Source of the DNA: Verrucomicrobiota bacterium
Lineage (GTDB): Bacteria > Verrucomicrobiota > Verrucomicrobiia > Limisphaerales > AAA164-E04
Length of the DNA: 64,000 bases
Assembly (NCBI GenBank): GCA_047947115.1
Contig: CP170459.1
Span: 3,904,001 to 3,968,000, forward strand
Direction: 5' to 3'
A program made the position numbers and the translations under genes. This document shows positions 8,557 to 18,482 of the stretch, piece by piece (the first letter of the stretch is position 1; each line of letters opens with the position of its first letter). The notes below the pieces were generated by a model, which was not told where the DNA came from, did no database searches, and saw only the letters and a list, made by a program, of their open reading frames with translations.

Positions 8557-9994
8557 CCAGTACTTACGTACCTTCGGATTCCGTCTGAATCTTTGGTATG
8601 CCGCTATCTTCACACTCAGTGGGGCGGCGTTGTTTTACTTTGTATACTGGATGCTGGCCAACGCGGTGGTGCAAAAAGATCTGGAAGCACTGCAACACCA
8701 GCTACGCGATTACTCTCGCATTTATCGGGATGGAGGGACCTTGTCGCTTCAACGCTGGCTTGAGGAGCGTAAACGAACCGGCGAGCTGAAATCCTTTTTC
8801 GTGCGCATCACCACTCCCGCGGAACGTGAAGTGTTCCTGGAAGCATCGGAAAACTGGTTGAAATTTGATGCTTACCAATGGGGTCCCCTGGTTCTGAAGA
8901 GTCGAGATTACCTGCGAATTCCGGAGAACGAGGAAAAGGATCTGCTTTTGGTTTCGTCCCAGCTATGGAATGGAAACATCCTCATGGCTGGAAAAAGCAT
9001 GGACAACCGGGAGACTTGGTTGAAGCCATTTCGACGTGTGTTTTTGGGAGCGATGATTCCGGTGGTGTTGATTGGTTTTCTAGGAGGTGGTTTTCTGGCA
9101 TGGCGCAGTATGAAACCCGTGCGCCAGATGAGTTCCGCAGTGCAGTCGATCATTGATACTGGAAATCTGGACAAAAGAGTTGACCTGCCCAAAACCGAGG
9201 ATGAGCTCACACAATTGGGGCGCCAGTTCAATCAGATGCTCCAGCAAAACCAGCAGTTGATTACCTCCATGCGCGAATCCCTCGACAACGTTGCACATGA
9301 CCTGCGCACTCCGCTAACCCGTTTGCGCAATGCCGCTGAATCCGCATTGAGAGAAGAACCTCTGGGGATGGATCGAGCTTCGGAAGCTCTTGCGGATTGT
9401 ATGGAAGAATCGGATCGGGTGCTGACCATGCTGCATACCCTGATGTCGGTGGCCGAGGCCGAGGCCGGGGTGATGAAGCTCAATCTGGCTCCAACCGATT
9501 TCGACGCATTGGTGCGTGAATCGGTGGATCTGTACGAACATGTGGCTGAGGACAAATCCATCCAAATCGAAGTTGTCTCCACACCCAATTCCATCGGCGT
9601 TGTGGACCCCCAACGCGTGCGTCTTGTGTTGGCCAATTTGTTGGATAATGCCCTTAAATACACTCATAACGGCGGGCATGTGCGGATCATGGTGGATCGT
9701 ATGGACGGCATGATGGTGGTTCAGATTGAAGATGACGGCATGGGAATTGCCCTGTCCGATCTGGACAAGATATGGGACCGGTTATATCGCGCCGACAAAA
9801 GCCGTTCACAACGCGGACTGGGATTGGGACTCAGTTTGGTCAAGGCCATCGTGGAAGCCCATCGAGGCGTGGTCAGAGTTAAAAGCGAACCCGGCAAAGG
9901 TTCCATTTTCATGGTCGCCTTCAAAGCCAGCGGTTTTTCCGAAGAGCCCACCAGACTCCCAGGCCCATCATCAACATCAAACCACAAAGGATAA
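8537..9994 (+). CDS. HAMP-domain sensor histidine kinase (CusS-like)
   Basis: Two TM helices, HAMP, VAHDLRTPLTR (H-box), NLLDNALKYT, DDGMGI, GLGLGLS. ATG 8537 overlaps the regulator 3' end. Confidence 0.93.
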   Translation: MSLKPVSQYLRTFGFRLNLWYAAIFTLSGAALFYFVYWMLANAVVQKDLEALQHQLRDYSRIYRDGGTLSLQRWLEERKRTGELKSFFVRITTPAEREVFLEASENWLKFDAYQWGPLVLKSRDYLRIPENEEKDLLLVSSQLWNGNILMAGKSMDNRETWLKPFRRVFLGAMIPVVLIGFLGGGFLAWRSMKPVRQMSSAVQSIIDTGNLDKRVDLPKTEDELTQLGRQFNQMLQQNQQLITSMRESLDNVAHDLRTPLTRLRNAAESALREEPLGMDRASEALADCMEESDRVLTMLHTLMSVAEAEAGVMKLNLAPTDFDALVRESVDLYEHVAEDKSIQIEVVSTPNSIGVVDPQRVRLVLANLLDNALKYTHNGGHVRIMVDRMDGMMVVQIEDDGMGIALSDLDKIWDRLYRADKSRSQRGLGLGLSLVKAIVEAHRGVVRVKSEPGKGSIFMVAFKASGFSEEPTRLPGPSSTSNHKG

Positions 9995-10895
9995 AGAAAG
10001 CATGTTGATTGTCCGCTCCAGGAATGCCACCCACATTCACGCCCAGCAATCCGGTGACCAGCCCAAGGGGAAGGAATATGGCAGTGATGATCGAAAGCAG
10101 ATACATGGTTCGATTCATACGTTCCGTCGATTGATGACTCCAGGCTTCCTGGGTGATGGCAGCCCGGTCTCTGGCCGAATCCAGATCTTCTATGAGGCGG
10201 GAGGTTTTGTGTGTGAACTCTTTCAATGGGGCTTTGAGTTTGGATTTAAGCCAATGCGGGAGTTCGGATTCAAGGTTGGAGAACAACTCACGTTGGGGGG
10301 CCAGGTGTCGTCGCAGTCGGACGATGCTGCGCCGGAGGTCTGCAAAGTCCTCTTTGGTGTGTCGATCTTCCGGACCGAGAACCGTTTCCTCCATTTCGTC
10401 TACTTTGTCATCGATGTTTTGGACAACCTCGTGAGCCAGGTCCAACATGCGTTGAATGCATTGGATCAGCCAATCGGGGATATCTTTGGGGCCCTCACCT
10501 GTATCGAGTCTGCGGATGATTTCCTGAGCGGCCATCACCCTGCGGTGACGGAGAGTGATGATCAGCCCTTCCTGAATCCAGATCCTCAGTGCCACCATGT
10601 CTTCGGGATTCGATTGAGGATTCAAATTAACCCCGCGCAGTATCACCAGGAGCCCTTGTTCGGTGGAAAGGCATCTGGGTTTGGGGTTTGCATCGATCAA
10701 TGCCCTGGAAACCAATGGAGACAGTTTCAATTTCTCAGCAATCCATCCCCGGATTTCGTCATTTTGATAGTCTCCATGGAGCCAGGTTGGCTTGTCGGAT
10801 GTGGCCGCGGCTGGTTCAAAATTATAAGGGGGCGGAGAGCCCGTTCCGTTTCCGGTCAATTGAGTCGTAAAAACCCAAGGATCGCATGCTGTCAT
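9921..10895 (-). CDS. zntB: CorA-family zinc transporter, ZntB-like
   Basis: LVILRGVNLNP..PEDMVALRIW, LRRHLAPQR, MNRTMYLLSI, FLPLGLVTGLLGVNVGGIPG (GVN signature). Confidence 0.88.
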   Translation of the reverse strand: MTACDPWVFTTQLTGNGTGSPPPYNFEPAAATSDKPTWLHGDYQNDEIRGWIAEKLKLSPLVSRALIDANPKPRCLSTEQGLLVILRGVNLNPQSNPEDMVALRIWIQEGLIITLRHRRVMAAQEIIRRLDTGEGPKDIPDWLIQCIQRMLDLAHEVVQNIDDKVDEMEETVLGPEDRHTKEDFADLRRSIVRLRRHLAPQRELFSNLESELPHWLKSKLKAPLKEFTHKTSRLIEDLDSARDRAAITQEAWSHQSTERMNRTMYLLSIITAIFLPLGLVTGLLGVNVGGIPGADNQHAFFILCGLMLMMGLGVWWALRKNRWL

Positions 10896-11016
10896 AACGA
10901 TATTATGCCCAGTGAATTGAGGAAATCCATCGAAAAACAAGCCGGTTATGAGAATCCGTATCACCACAACTAGATGAAAAAATGGAACCAGCACCGCTAA
11001 AAAAAGCCAACACGCA

Positions 11017-11046
11017 TTGACTTGGAGGGTGCGGTCTTTCTAAGGT
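11017..11046 (+). promoter_or_regulatory. Candidate sigma70 promoter
   Basis: TTGACT-N18-TAAGGT ending 22 bp before the ATG at 11068. Confidence 0.4.
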
Positions 11047-11067
11047 GAATGCCTTCAAGGAAATTTC

Positions 11068-11790
11068 ATGTTGGATGTCATAGAACAACTATTGGTATTG
11101 CAGGATCGGGACCAGAAAATCATGCGTCTGGAAGAAGAACTTGCACGTGTCGAACCCGAGCGGAACGCATTGTTGGGGAATGCGGACAGCTCGAAAAACG
11201 CCCTGGAGCAGGCACGCAAAGCTGCCCAACAGGTGGAATCCCAGCGCAAAGATCTGGAACTGGAGGTGGAATCCAGGAAAAAACAGATTGACCGATATGC
11301 TTCCCAGCAACTGGAAACCCGTAAAAATGAAGAGTACCAGGCCTTGAGCAAGGAAATTGAAAACTGCAAGACCGCCATCGAAGCTTTGGAGGATCAGGAA
11401 CTTGAACTGATGGAGGCCTACGATGTCAAATTGAAGGAAGTAGCCGAGGCGGACAGAGTGGCCAAGGAAGCTCAAGCCCGGGCGGATGAACAGGTGGTCA
11501 AGCTGGAGGAACGCGAATCCAGTCAGAAGAAAGAAAAGGCCGAAGTGGAAGCCGAGCGTGCCCAACTGGCCACCAAGGTCGATGAAGCGGTGCTTTCCAG
11601 GTACGACCGATTGCTGCAGCGCAAACGCAACAAAGTCGTCGTCGGGGTAAACCGTGGTGTCTGCGGAGGCTGTCACATGTCGCTGCCAACCCAAATACAG
11701 GTGCAGTGCAAGGCTCAGAAGGAAATTGTCAACTGCCCGAATTGTGGCAGGATTGTTTATTACACACGGGACATGGAATTGACCGTTTAA
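11068..11790 (+). CDS. Coiled-coil plus C4 zinc-ribbon protein (DUF164 / CT398 / HP0958 family)
   Basis: LLVLQDRD start, long coiled coil, CGGCHM...CPNCGRIVY. Confidence 0.9.
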   Translation: MLDVIEQLLVLQDRDQKIMRLEEELARVEPERNALLGNADSSKNALEQARKAAQQVESQRKDLELEVESRKKQIDRYASQQLETRKNEEYQALSKEIENCKTAIEALEDQELELMEAYDVKLKEVAEADRVAKEAQARADEQVVKLEERESSQKKEKAEVEAERAQLATKVDEAVLSRYDRLLQRKRNKVVVGVNRGVCGGCHMSLPTQIQVQCKAQKEIVNCPNCGRIVYYTRDMELTV

Positions 11791-11816
11791 GAATAGGGAA
11801 AAGTAAATCAGATCAT

Positions 11817-12617
11817 ATGAATCAGGTGAAGATGATACAAATGTTCAAATACTCGATACAGTGTTTCCTGCTGGTTTCCGTGCTGGTGGGATGTACTACT
11901 GTGCCGGAAACCGGACGCAGGCAGTTCATGCTTCTCTCACCCCAACAGGAAATGCAACTTGGTTTCAGCAGCTTTGAGACCATGAAATCCAATGTGCCTA
12001 TCAGCAATGATCCTGCCAAAAACGCCCTGTTGAAAAGAGTGGGAGAGCGCATCGCCGCAGTGGCCAAGCTTCCGAACGCACAATGGGAATTCGTTTTGTT
12101 CGACAGTCCAGAAGCGAATGCCTTTTGTTTGCCTGGGGGGAAGGTGGGGGTTTACACCGGCATTCTGCCCATCACACTTAATGAGGCAGGGTTGGCAACC
12201 GTCATCGGGCACGAAGTGGCTCACGCGGAAAACCGGCACGGTGGTGAACGAGTTTCCCAGGGTATGATTCAACAATTGGGGGGCACCTTGCTTCAATCCG
12301 GAATGGCTGCCCAGGGCTACAAGACGGAAACCCAGGCCGTGGCTGCGACCGTTTACGGCATGACTTCCCAACTTGCCTACACACTCCCCAACAGTCGCGG
12401 ACAGGAGAGTGAAGCGGATTACGTCGGACTGCTTCGCATGGCGGAGGCCGGCTACAATCCCGAGGAAGCGGTGAAATTTTGGGAACGGTTCAGAGCCTAC
12501 AACAATCAGGCCGGCGGTGGTGAGACTCCTTGGTTCTTGCGAACCCACCCCATGGATGAAAAGCGCATCGCCGATCTCAAGAAGTGGATTCCTGAAGCTA
12601 AAGCCAGGATGCGATAG
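11817..12617 (+). CDS. M48-family metallopeptidase lipoprotein
   Basis: Lipobox LVGC, TGRRQ, NAFCLPGGKVGVYTG, HEVAH (HExxH), ESEAD, FLRTHP. Confidence 0.92.
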   Translation: MNQVKMIQMFKYSIQCFLLVSVLVGCTTVPETGRRQFMLLSPQQEMQLGFSSFETMKSNVPISNDPAKNALLKRVGERIAAVAKLPNAQWEFVLFDSPEANAFCLPGGKVGVYTGILPITLNEAGLATVIGHEVAHAENRHGGERVSQGMIQQLGGTLLQSGMAAQGYKTETQAVAATVYGMTSQLAYTLPNSRGQESEADYVGLLRMAEAGYNPEEAVKFWERFRAYNNQAGGGETPWFLRTHPMDEKRIADLKKWIPEAKARMR

Positions 12618-12707
12618 GAAACCAACCAGTTGGAGCTTTCAAGTCATTAACATCAAAGCAGCCACCTGAAAGTGGCGCTACATGTATCAGCATTAATTGA
12701 TCAATAT

Positions 12708-13697
12708 ATGAATACGGGAATCAGTGCCATCAACGAAGAAGTCAAGGAAGCCAGCGCTTTCCTCCAACCTTTGTTCACGGAAATCAACAAGGTCGTCATC
12801 GGGCAGAAATACCTGGTGGAACGTCTTGTTGTCGGCATGTTGGCGGACGGGCATGTGCTGTTGGAAGGTGTGCCTGGATTGGCCAAAACCACCTCGGTCA
12901 AAGCGCTCGCCAATGGGTTGAATGTGAATTTTTCTCGGATCCAGTTCACCCCTGACATGTTGCCGGCGGATGTGATCGGAACCCAGATTTTCAATCCGCA
13001 GTCCGGCGACTTTTCCACCCGCAAAGGTCCGGTGTTCGCCAACATCGTGCTGGCCGACGAAATCAACCGTGCCCCAGCCAAAGTACAAAGTGCCCTGCTG
13101 GAAGCCATGCAGGAACGACAGGTCACGATTGGTAACGAATCTTACCCCCTCGCCGAACCCTTTCTGGTGCTCGCTACCCAAAACCCCATCGAGCAGGAAG
13201 GAACCTATCCGCTGCCGGAAGCACAGGTCGACCGTTTCATGCTCAAGTTGAAAATCGATTACCCCACCCGTGAGGAGGAGCGACAGATTCTTGAACTGAT
13301 GGCGCGCACGGGCAGTTCTCCATCGGCACAACCGGTTGTGCAGGCGGAACAGATCATACGGGCACGTCAGGTGATCAACGACATTTACATCGACGACAAG
13401 GTGAAGGATTACATCGTGGATCTGGTGTGCTGTACGCGCAATCCTGAGGCCTACAACATGAATCTGAAAGAGCTGATTCAACTCGGAGCATCACCGCGTG
13501 CTACAATTTCTCTGACGCTTGCCGCAAAGGCATACGCTTTTCTTAAAGGGCGTGGATATGTGACGCCGCAGGATGTGAAGAGCATCGGATTGGACGTGTT
13601 GCGTCACCGAGTTGCGGTCACATTCGAGGCCGAAGCGGAAGAGCGCGACAGCGAATCCATCGTGCAGGAGATCTTTGACGCCTTGCCGGTGCCCTGA
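12708..13697 (+). CDS. moxR: MoxR-family AAA+ ATPase
   Basis: HVLLEGVPGLAKT, RIQFTPD, LADEINRAPAKVQSALLEAM, ATQNPIEQEGTYPLPEAQVDRF. Confidence 0.96.
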   Translation: MNTGISAINEEVKEASAFLQPLFTEINKVVIGQKYLVERLVVGMLADGHVLLEGVPGLAKTTSVKALANGLNVNFSRIQFTPDMLPADVIGTQIFNPQSGDFSTRKGPVFANIVLADEINRAPAKVQSALLEAMQERQVTIGNESYPLAEPFLVLATQNPIEQEGTYPLPEAQVDRFMLKLKIDYPTREEERQILELMARTGSSPSAQPVVQAEQIIRARQVINDIYIDDKVKDYIVDLVCCTRNPEAYNMNLKELIQLGASPRATISLTLAAKAYAFLKGRGYVTPQDVKSIGLDVLRHRVAVTFEAEAEERDSESIVQEIFDALPVP

Positions 13698-13771
13698 TTC
13701 GGGGTTCCTGGTTTTGATCACGCAGAGAATTCAGGCAGATCACACCATCAAATCGAGATTCTCAACACGGT

Positions 13772-14728
13772 ATGATACCCAAGGACATTCTTAAGAAGAT
13801 TCGTCAAATCGAGCTCCGGACCAAGCGTCTGGTAAGCGAGACCATGGCGGGGCACTATCATAGTGTCTTCAAGGGGCAGGGGATGCACTTCGACGAAGTC
13901 CGTGAATATCAGCCCGGTGATGATGTGCGCACGATCGATTGGAATGTCACCGCCCGCATGAATCATCCGTTCATCAAGAAGTTCGTGGAAGAACGTGAAC
14001 TGACCTTGATGCTCGTCGTGGATCTTAGCGGTTCCGGATTGTTCGGGTCCGGCGATCAGTCAAAGCGGGAACTTGCCGCGGAGATTGCTTCTGTTCTGGC
14101 ATTTTCTGCGATCCGGAACAACGACAAGGTGGGCTTGATTCTGTTTACCGACGAGGTTGAGAAATACATTCCTCCCAGGAAAGGCCGATTCCACGTTTTA
14201 AGAGTCATACGCGAAATCCTGTTCCATGAACCCACCCGCCGGGGAACGGATATCAACCGGGCACTTGAATTCCTGAGCCGGGTGACCACTCACAAGGCCA
14301 TTGCTGTGGTCATATCGGATTTCATCGGGCAATCCGCCCCCACTCAGCGCGATATCTCCGCGCATCTGATGCGTGAAGTGGTCCTTTCCGACGTGTTGAA
14401 ATATGCTTCCGTGACGGCATTGCGCCAGGCGAATCGACGTCATGACGTGGTCGCTGTTCAGGTGATGGATCGTTTCGAGATGCATCTGCCGGCGATTGGT
14501 CGGGTGCTGTTGAAAGACGCGGAAACCGGCGAAGTGATGGAAGTCGATACCGGAGATGCACGCAAAAGGGCAGCCTTTGCCAGTAAACAGAAACGGGCGC
14601 AGCACGAGTTGGGACGTTTGTTTCGATCGGTTGGGATTGATTCGATCCAGTTGACAACCGATGAGGATTATCAATTGGCCCTCGGGCAGTTTTTTGAAAC
14701 TCGGGAAAAGAGGAGGATGAGAGGATGA
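13772..14728 (+). CDS. DUF58 protein (MoxR partner)
   Basis: GHYHSVFKGQGMHFDEVREYQPGDDVRTIDWNVTAR, DLSGS, ISDF. Confidence 0.93.
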   Translation: MIPKDILKKIRQIELRTKRLVSETMAGHYHSVFKGQGMHFDEVREYQPGDDVRTIDWNVTARMNHPFIKKFVEERELTLMLVVDLSGSGLFGSGDQSKRELAAEIASVLAFSAIRNNDKVGLILFTDEVEKYIPPRKGRFHVLRVIREILFHEPTRRGTDINRALEFLSRVTTHKAIAVVISDFIGQSAPTQRDISAHLMREVVLSDVLKYASVTALRQANRRHDVVAVQVMDRFEMHLPAIGRVLLKDAETGEVMEVDTGDARKRAAFASKQKRAQHELGRLFRSVGIDSIQLTTDEDYQLALGQFFETREKRRMRG

Positions 14729-15360
14729 CCACGAACAGTCCAGCACTCATCGTTCCGGATACCAGCTCGGCTTCCACGAACAGTATCCCATCCGAGCTCC
14801 ACGATATCCGTCCGGCGATGGAGATCGTGTCGGTCTGGGAATATGTTGGGTGGGTTGTGGGAGCCTTGGTGTTGGTCCTGGTTGCTTATTTCCTGGCGCG
14901 ATATCTTCTTAAGAAACACCGTGAGACTCAGGCTATCGAGGCCACCCGTCCGGCTGTTCCCGCCCATGTGTTGGCACGCCAACGACTGGATGCTTCACTC
15001 GATCAGCTTCATGATCCGCGCGCTTTCTGTATTCTGGTGTCGGACGCCATCCGCTACTATCTGGAAGATCGGTTTGAATTGAAAGCACCGGAACGCACGA
15101 CGGAGGAGTTTCTGGAGGAACTGCAATCATCGTATTCCCTGAACTTTGAGCACAAACAAACTCTGGAAGCCTTCCTGCAACAATGTGACATGGCCAAATT
15201 CGCCAAGGCGGACATGTTGGGTCAGGAACTGAAATCCCTCTACGATATCGGAGTTCAATTCGTGAGGGAAACGGAACCGGAAGCCGTGTCGGCCCCGGGA
15301 GCGAAAGTCTCAGCGCCTTCGGAAACGGACACGGATCATTCAGAAAGAGGAGGAGCATAG
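14725..15360 (+). CDS. Single-TM protein of Bat operon (DUF4381-like)
   Basis: LHDIRP followed by a TM helix; APERTTEEFL and CDMAKFAK motifs; ATGA overlap with the DUF58 gene. Confidence 0.7.
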   Translation: MTTNSPALIVPDTSSASTNSIPSELHDIRPAMEIVSVWEYVGWVVGALVLVLVAYFLARYLLKKHRETQAIEATRPAVPAHVLARQRLDASLDQLHDPRAFCILVSDAIRYYLEDRFELKAPERTTEEFLEELQSSYSLNFEHKQTLEAFLQQCDMAKFAKADMLGQELKSLYDIGVQFVRETEPEAVSAPGAKVSAPSETDTDHSERGGA

Positions 15361-15365
15361 GCCCA

Positions 15366-16367
15366 ATGACGTTCAATTTCGGTCATCCTTATTTTCTGTT
15401 GTTGCTGTTGTTGCTGCCTTTCCTTGCCTGGTTGCGAAACCGCAAGGTAAAGGAGTCGGCTTTTCTGTATTCCTCGGTGACGCTGCTACGCGGCGTCGCA
15501 AACCTGCAGCGTTCCAGCGCCCGCGCAATGTTGATTCGCATGCGTTGGTTGATCCTCATTCTCTGCATTCTGGCGATGGCTCGCCCTCGTTTGAGTGAAG
15601 GGAAAACATCGGTCAAAGCGAGTGGTATCGACATCGTGGTTGCCGTGGATCTCAGCATGAGCATGGCCGCGATGGATTTTGAGCGGAATGGCGAACGGGT
15701 CAATCGGTTGGAAATCGCCAAGGACGTGCTCGAAGGATTCGTTGAAAAACGCACCAACGACCGTCTGGGACTGGTGGCCTTTGCAGGCAGGGCTTACATC
15801 GCAGCTCCCTTGACCCTGGATCATGATTTTTTTCGGATCAATCTGGATCGACTGGATCTTGGGATTGTGGAAGACGGCACGGCCATCGGGTCCGCACTCA
15901 TTGCCGGATTGGAACGACTGCGTGACGTGGAGTCCAAAAGTCGTATCGTGATCCTCATGACCGATGGTCAAAACAATGCGGGCAAGGTGCCGCCCCTGAC
16001 AGCTGCCGAAGCCGCGGAAGCATTGAACGTCAAGGTTTACACCATTGGAGTCGGCACCAAAGGCACCGCCCCATATCCTCAAAAGGACCCGTTTGGCAGA
16101 ACCGTCTTCGCTCAAATGAAGGTCGATATCGATGAGGATACCTTGAAGGGAATCGCCGAGAAAACCGGAGGCAAATATTACCGCGCCGACAACAGTGAAG
16201 CGTTTCGACAGATTTACGAGGAGATCGATGCCCTGGAAAAGACCGAAGTCGAGATGCAACAGTATACGCGGCATGAAGAATTGGCAGCATGGTTTATGCT
16301 TCCGGCATTGGTTCTGTTGCTTTTGGAAATGATTTTGAACCACACCATCTGGAGGAAATTACCCTGA
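15366..16367 (+). CDS. batA: BatA-like VWA domain membrane protein
   Basis: DLSMSM MIDAS, DRLGLVAFAG, APLTLD, GTAIG, LMTDGQNNAG, VYTIGVG. Confidence 0.9.
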   Translation: MTFNFGHPYFLLLLLLLPFLAWLRNRKVKESAFLYSSVTLLRGVANLQRSSARAMLIRMRWLILILCILAMARPRLSEGKTSVKASGIDIVVAVDLSMSMAAMDFERNGERVNRLEIAKDVLEGFVEKRTNDRLGLVAFAGRAYIAAPLTLDHDFFRINLDRLDLGIVEDGTAIGSALIAGLERLRDVESKSRIVILMTDGQNNAGKVPPLTAAEAAEALNVKVYTIGVGTKGTAPYPQKDPFGRTVFAQMKVDIDEDTLKGIAEKTGGKYYRADNSEAFRQIYEEIDALEKTEVEMQQYTRHEELAAWFMLPALVLLLLEMILNHTIWRKLP

Positions 16368-16370
16368 CCC

Positions 16371-17435
16371 ATGGATGATCGTTTTCAATTTGAAGAAGTG
16401 CGCATGCTGTGGTTGATGTTGATCACAGTGCCGATCCTGATCGCTTTTTTATGGTGGGCCTGGCGGCGGAAGAAAGTCCTGATCTCTGAATTCGTTAAAT
16501 CGAGATTGCTGGCATCCCTGACTGTCGGGGTTTCCTGGAAAAAGCAGAATATCCGATCCGTTCTGTTGACCCTGGCCGTGGTGCTTTTGTTTGTGGCGCT
16601 TGCTCGACCTCAATGGGGTTTTTCCTGGCAGGAAGCCACTCAGCGAGGTCTTGACATAGTCGTGGCCGTGGATACATCCAAAAGCATGCTGGCCTCGGAT
16701 CTCGCTCCCAGTCGCCTGGAACGCGCGCGTCTGGCTGCACTGGACCTGATGGATCTGGCCAAACAGGATCGTCTCGGGTTGGTGGCCTTTGCCGGGAGCG
16801 CTTTTCTGCAATGCCCGCTGACTCTCGACAACCAAGCCTTTCAACAAAGTGTCGAGATACTTGATCCCAACGTCATTCCCCAAGGGGGCACTTCGCTTTC
16901 GGAAGCGATAGAAAGCGGTTTAACTGCTTTTGACGAAGAAAACAATAATTACAAAGCCATCATCATTCTTACCGACGGGGAAGATCATGATGAGGGTGCG
17001 GTCGAGGCCGCTGAAAAGGCGCGTGATGCCGGATGTCGTGTCTTCACAGTGGGATTGGGAACTCCCGAAGGTGAACTGATCCAGATCGTCGATGACAACG
17101 GGCAGCGCACTTTCATCAAGGACGACGCAGGGAACACCGTTAAGTCCAGATTGAACGAAACCTTGCTGCGGGAAGTAGCCGACGCAGGAGGCGGTTCCTA
17201 TATTCACATGCGGGATGCGGCCACTTTGGCAACCTTATACCGGACCAACCTGGAGCCATTGCCGAAAGCCGAACTTTCCACACGTCTGGTCCGGCAATAT
17301 ATCGAACGATTTCAGTGGCCTTTGGGGCTGGTCATTATTCTGTTGATGTGTGAGATTTTCATATCCGATCAGCGGAAAGTGCCGCGTCCCTCCAGCGCTA
17401 TTCGATCAGGAAATGTCATTGGAACGTCCAGGTGA
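16371..17435 (+). CDS. batB: BatB-like VWA domain membrane protein
   Basis: ALARPQWG, DTSKSMLASDLAPSRLERA, CPLTLD, LTDGEDH, SRLNETLL. Confidence 0.9.
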   Translation: MDDRFQFEEVRMLWLMLITVPILIAFLWWAWRRKKVLISEFVKSRLLASLTVGVSWKKQNIRSVLLTLAVVLLFVALARPQWGFSWQEATQRGLDIVVAVDTSKSMLASDLAPSRLERARLAALDLMDLAKQDRLGLVAFAGSAFLQCPLTLDNQAFQQSVEILDPNVIPQGGTSLSEAIESGLTAFDEENNNYKAIIILTDGEDHDEGAVEAAEKARDAGCRVFTVGLGTPEGELIQIVDDNGQRTFIKDDAGNTVKSRLNETLLREVADAGGGSYIHMRDAATLATLYRTNLEPLPKAELSTRLVRQYIERFQWPLGLVIILLMCEIFISDQRKVPRPSSAIRSGNVIGTSR

Positions 17436-17499
17436 GACAGGTGACGAATTGAAAATCAGTCTTATTTGTGGCAGAACGTAAGCAAATTCGAATCAAACA

Positions 17500-18465
17500 A
17501 TGTTCAGATTTAGCAACAGAAGCGGTATGGCAAGTAACCAAATGAACCGGGGTGCTGTGGTTTTGTGTTTTCTCTGTTTGAGTTGTTGGTTGGGCTTGCA
17601 AGCGGATACGCCACGCAAAGCTCGCCAATACATGGAGCGGGGGCAATACGCGGATGCGATGCGGATTTATGATGAACTGGCTGTGAAGCATCCGAAGGAC
17701 AGTCGATATTACTACAATGCCGGTGTCGCGGCCTACAAGGCCATGAAGTTTGCCGAAGCCCAGGAGTATTTCGATGCCGCGAGTCTCTCCGAGGATCTGG
17801 ATCTTCAACAACAATCTTTCTATAATCGCGGCAATGCCCTTTTCAAAGCTGGTGAAGAGGAGGCCAATTTCGAACGCAAGACCCAGATGTGGAAAGAAGC
17901 GATCGACCAGTTTGATCATGCGGTGAATCTCAACGAAACGGATCAAATGGCTCAGGATAATCTTCAATTCGTGAAACAGCAGTTGGAGAACTTGCAGCAA
18001 CAGCAACAAGATCAGAATCCTGACCAGAATTCCGACGAGAATAAGGACGAGGAAAGCGAACAGGACAACGAACAACAGAACGACCAGAACCAGTCTGAAC
18101 AAGATCAACAGGATCAGGATCAACAAAACCAAGACCAACAGCAGCAGGATCAAAACGATCAGGACCAACAGCAGAACTCATCCCAAGACCAGCAAAACGA
18201 GCAGCAGGACGAGCAGAATTCACCATCCGAGGGTGAATCGTCCGAAGAGGAACAGCAAAACCCATCACAACCCCAGGATGGCGAACAGGAAGAGCAAGAA
18301 CAGAATGCTCAACCACAGGAAGGGGAACCAAGCGAAGACATGCCGCAAACCACCATGTCACCGCAGCAGGCCATGCAATTGCTGGATTCTGAGAGGGGTG
18401 AGGCCAAATCATTGATATTTCGCCCCCCCGACAAGCGACGCCCCAAGCAGTTTAAAGATTGGTAG
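17500..18465 (+). CDS. batC: BatC-like TPR protein with Gln/Asp/Glu-rich linker
   Basis: YYNAGVAAY and YNRGNALF TPRs, low-complexity Q/D/E tail, MSPQQAMQLL..KDW C-terminus. Start may be 17527 or 17542. Confidence 0.82.
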   Translation: MFRFSNRSGMASNQMNRGAVVLCFLCLSCWLGLQADTPRKARQYMERGQYADAMRIYDELAVKHPKDSRYYYNAGVAAYKAMKFAEAQEYFDAASLSEDLDLQQQSFYNRGNALFKAGEEEANFERKTQMWKEAIDQFDHAVNLNETDQMAQDNLQFVKQQLENLQQQQQDQNPDQNSDENKDEESEQDNEQQNDQNQSEQDQQDQDQQNQDQQQQDQNDQDQQQNSSQDQQNEQQDEQNSPSEGESSEEEQQNPSQPQDGEQEEQEQNAQPQEGEPSEDMPQTTMSPQQAMQLLDSERGEAKSLIFRPPDKRRPKQFKDW

Positions 18466-18482
18466 GGCACGATCATTAAAGA

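Noticed and set aside
9726..10973. 415-aa plus-strand ORF
   Set aside because: Antisense shadow of zntB that also overlaps the kinase in another frame; no recognisable motifs.
17400..17545. Possible frameshift splitting a BatB-BatC fusion
   Set aside because: BatB ends after its C-terminal TM helix and BatC has its own signal-like segment; separate genes are normal.
17990..18345. Repetitive CAG/CAA/GAC-rich DNA
   Set aside because: It encodes the usual Gln/Asp-rich BatC linker; not a CRISPR array or mobile repeat.
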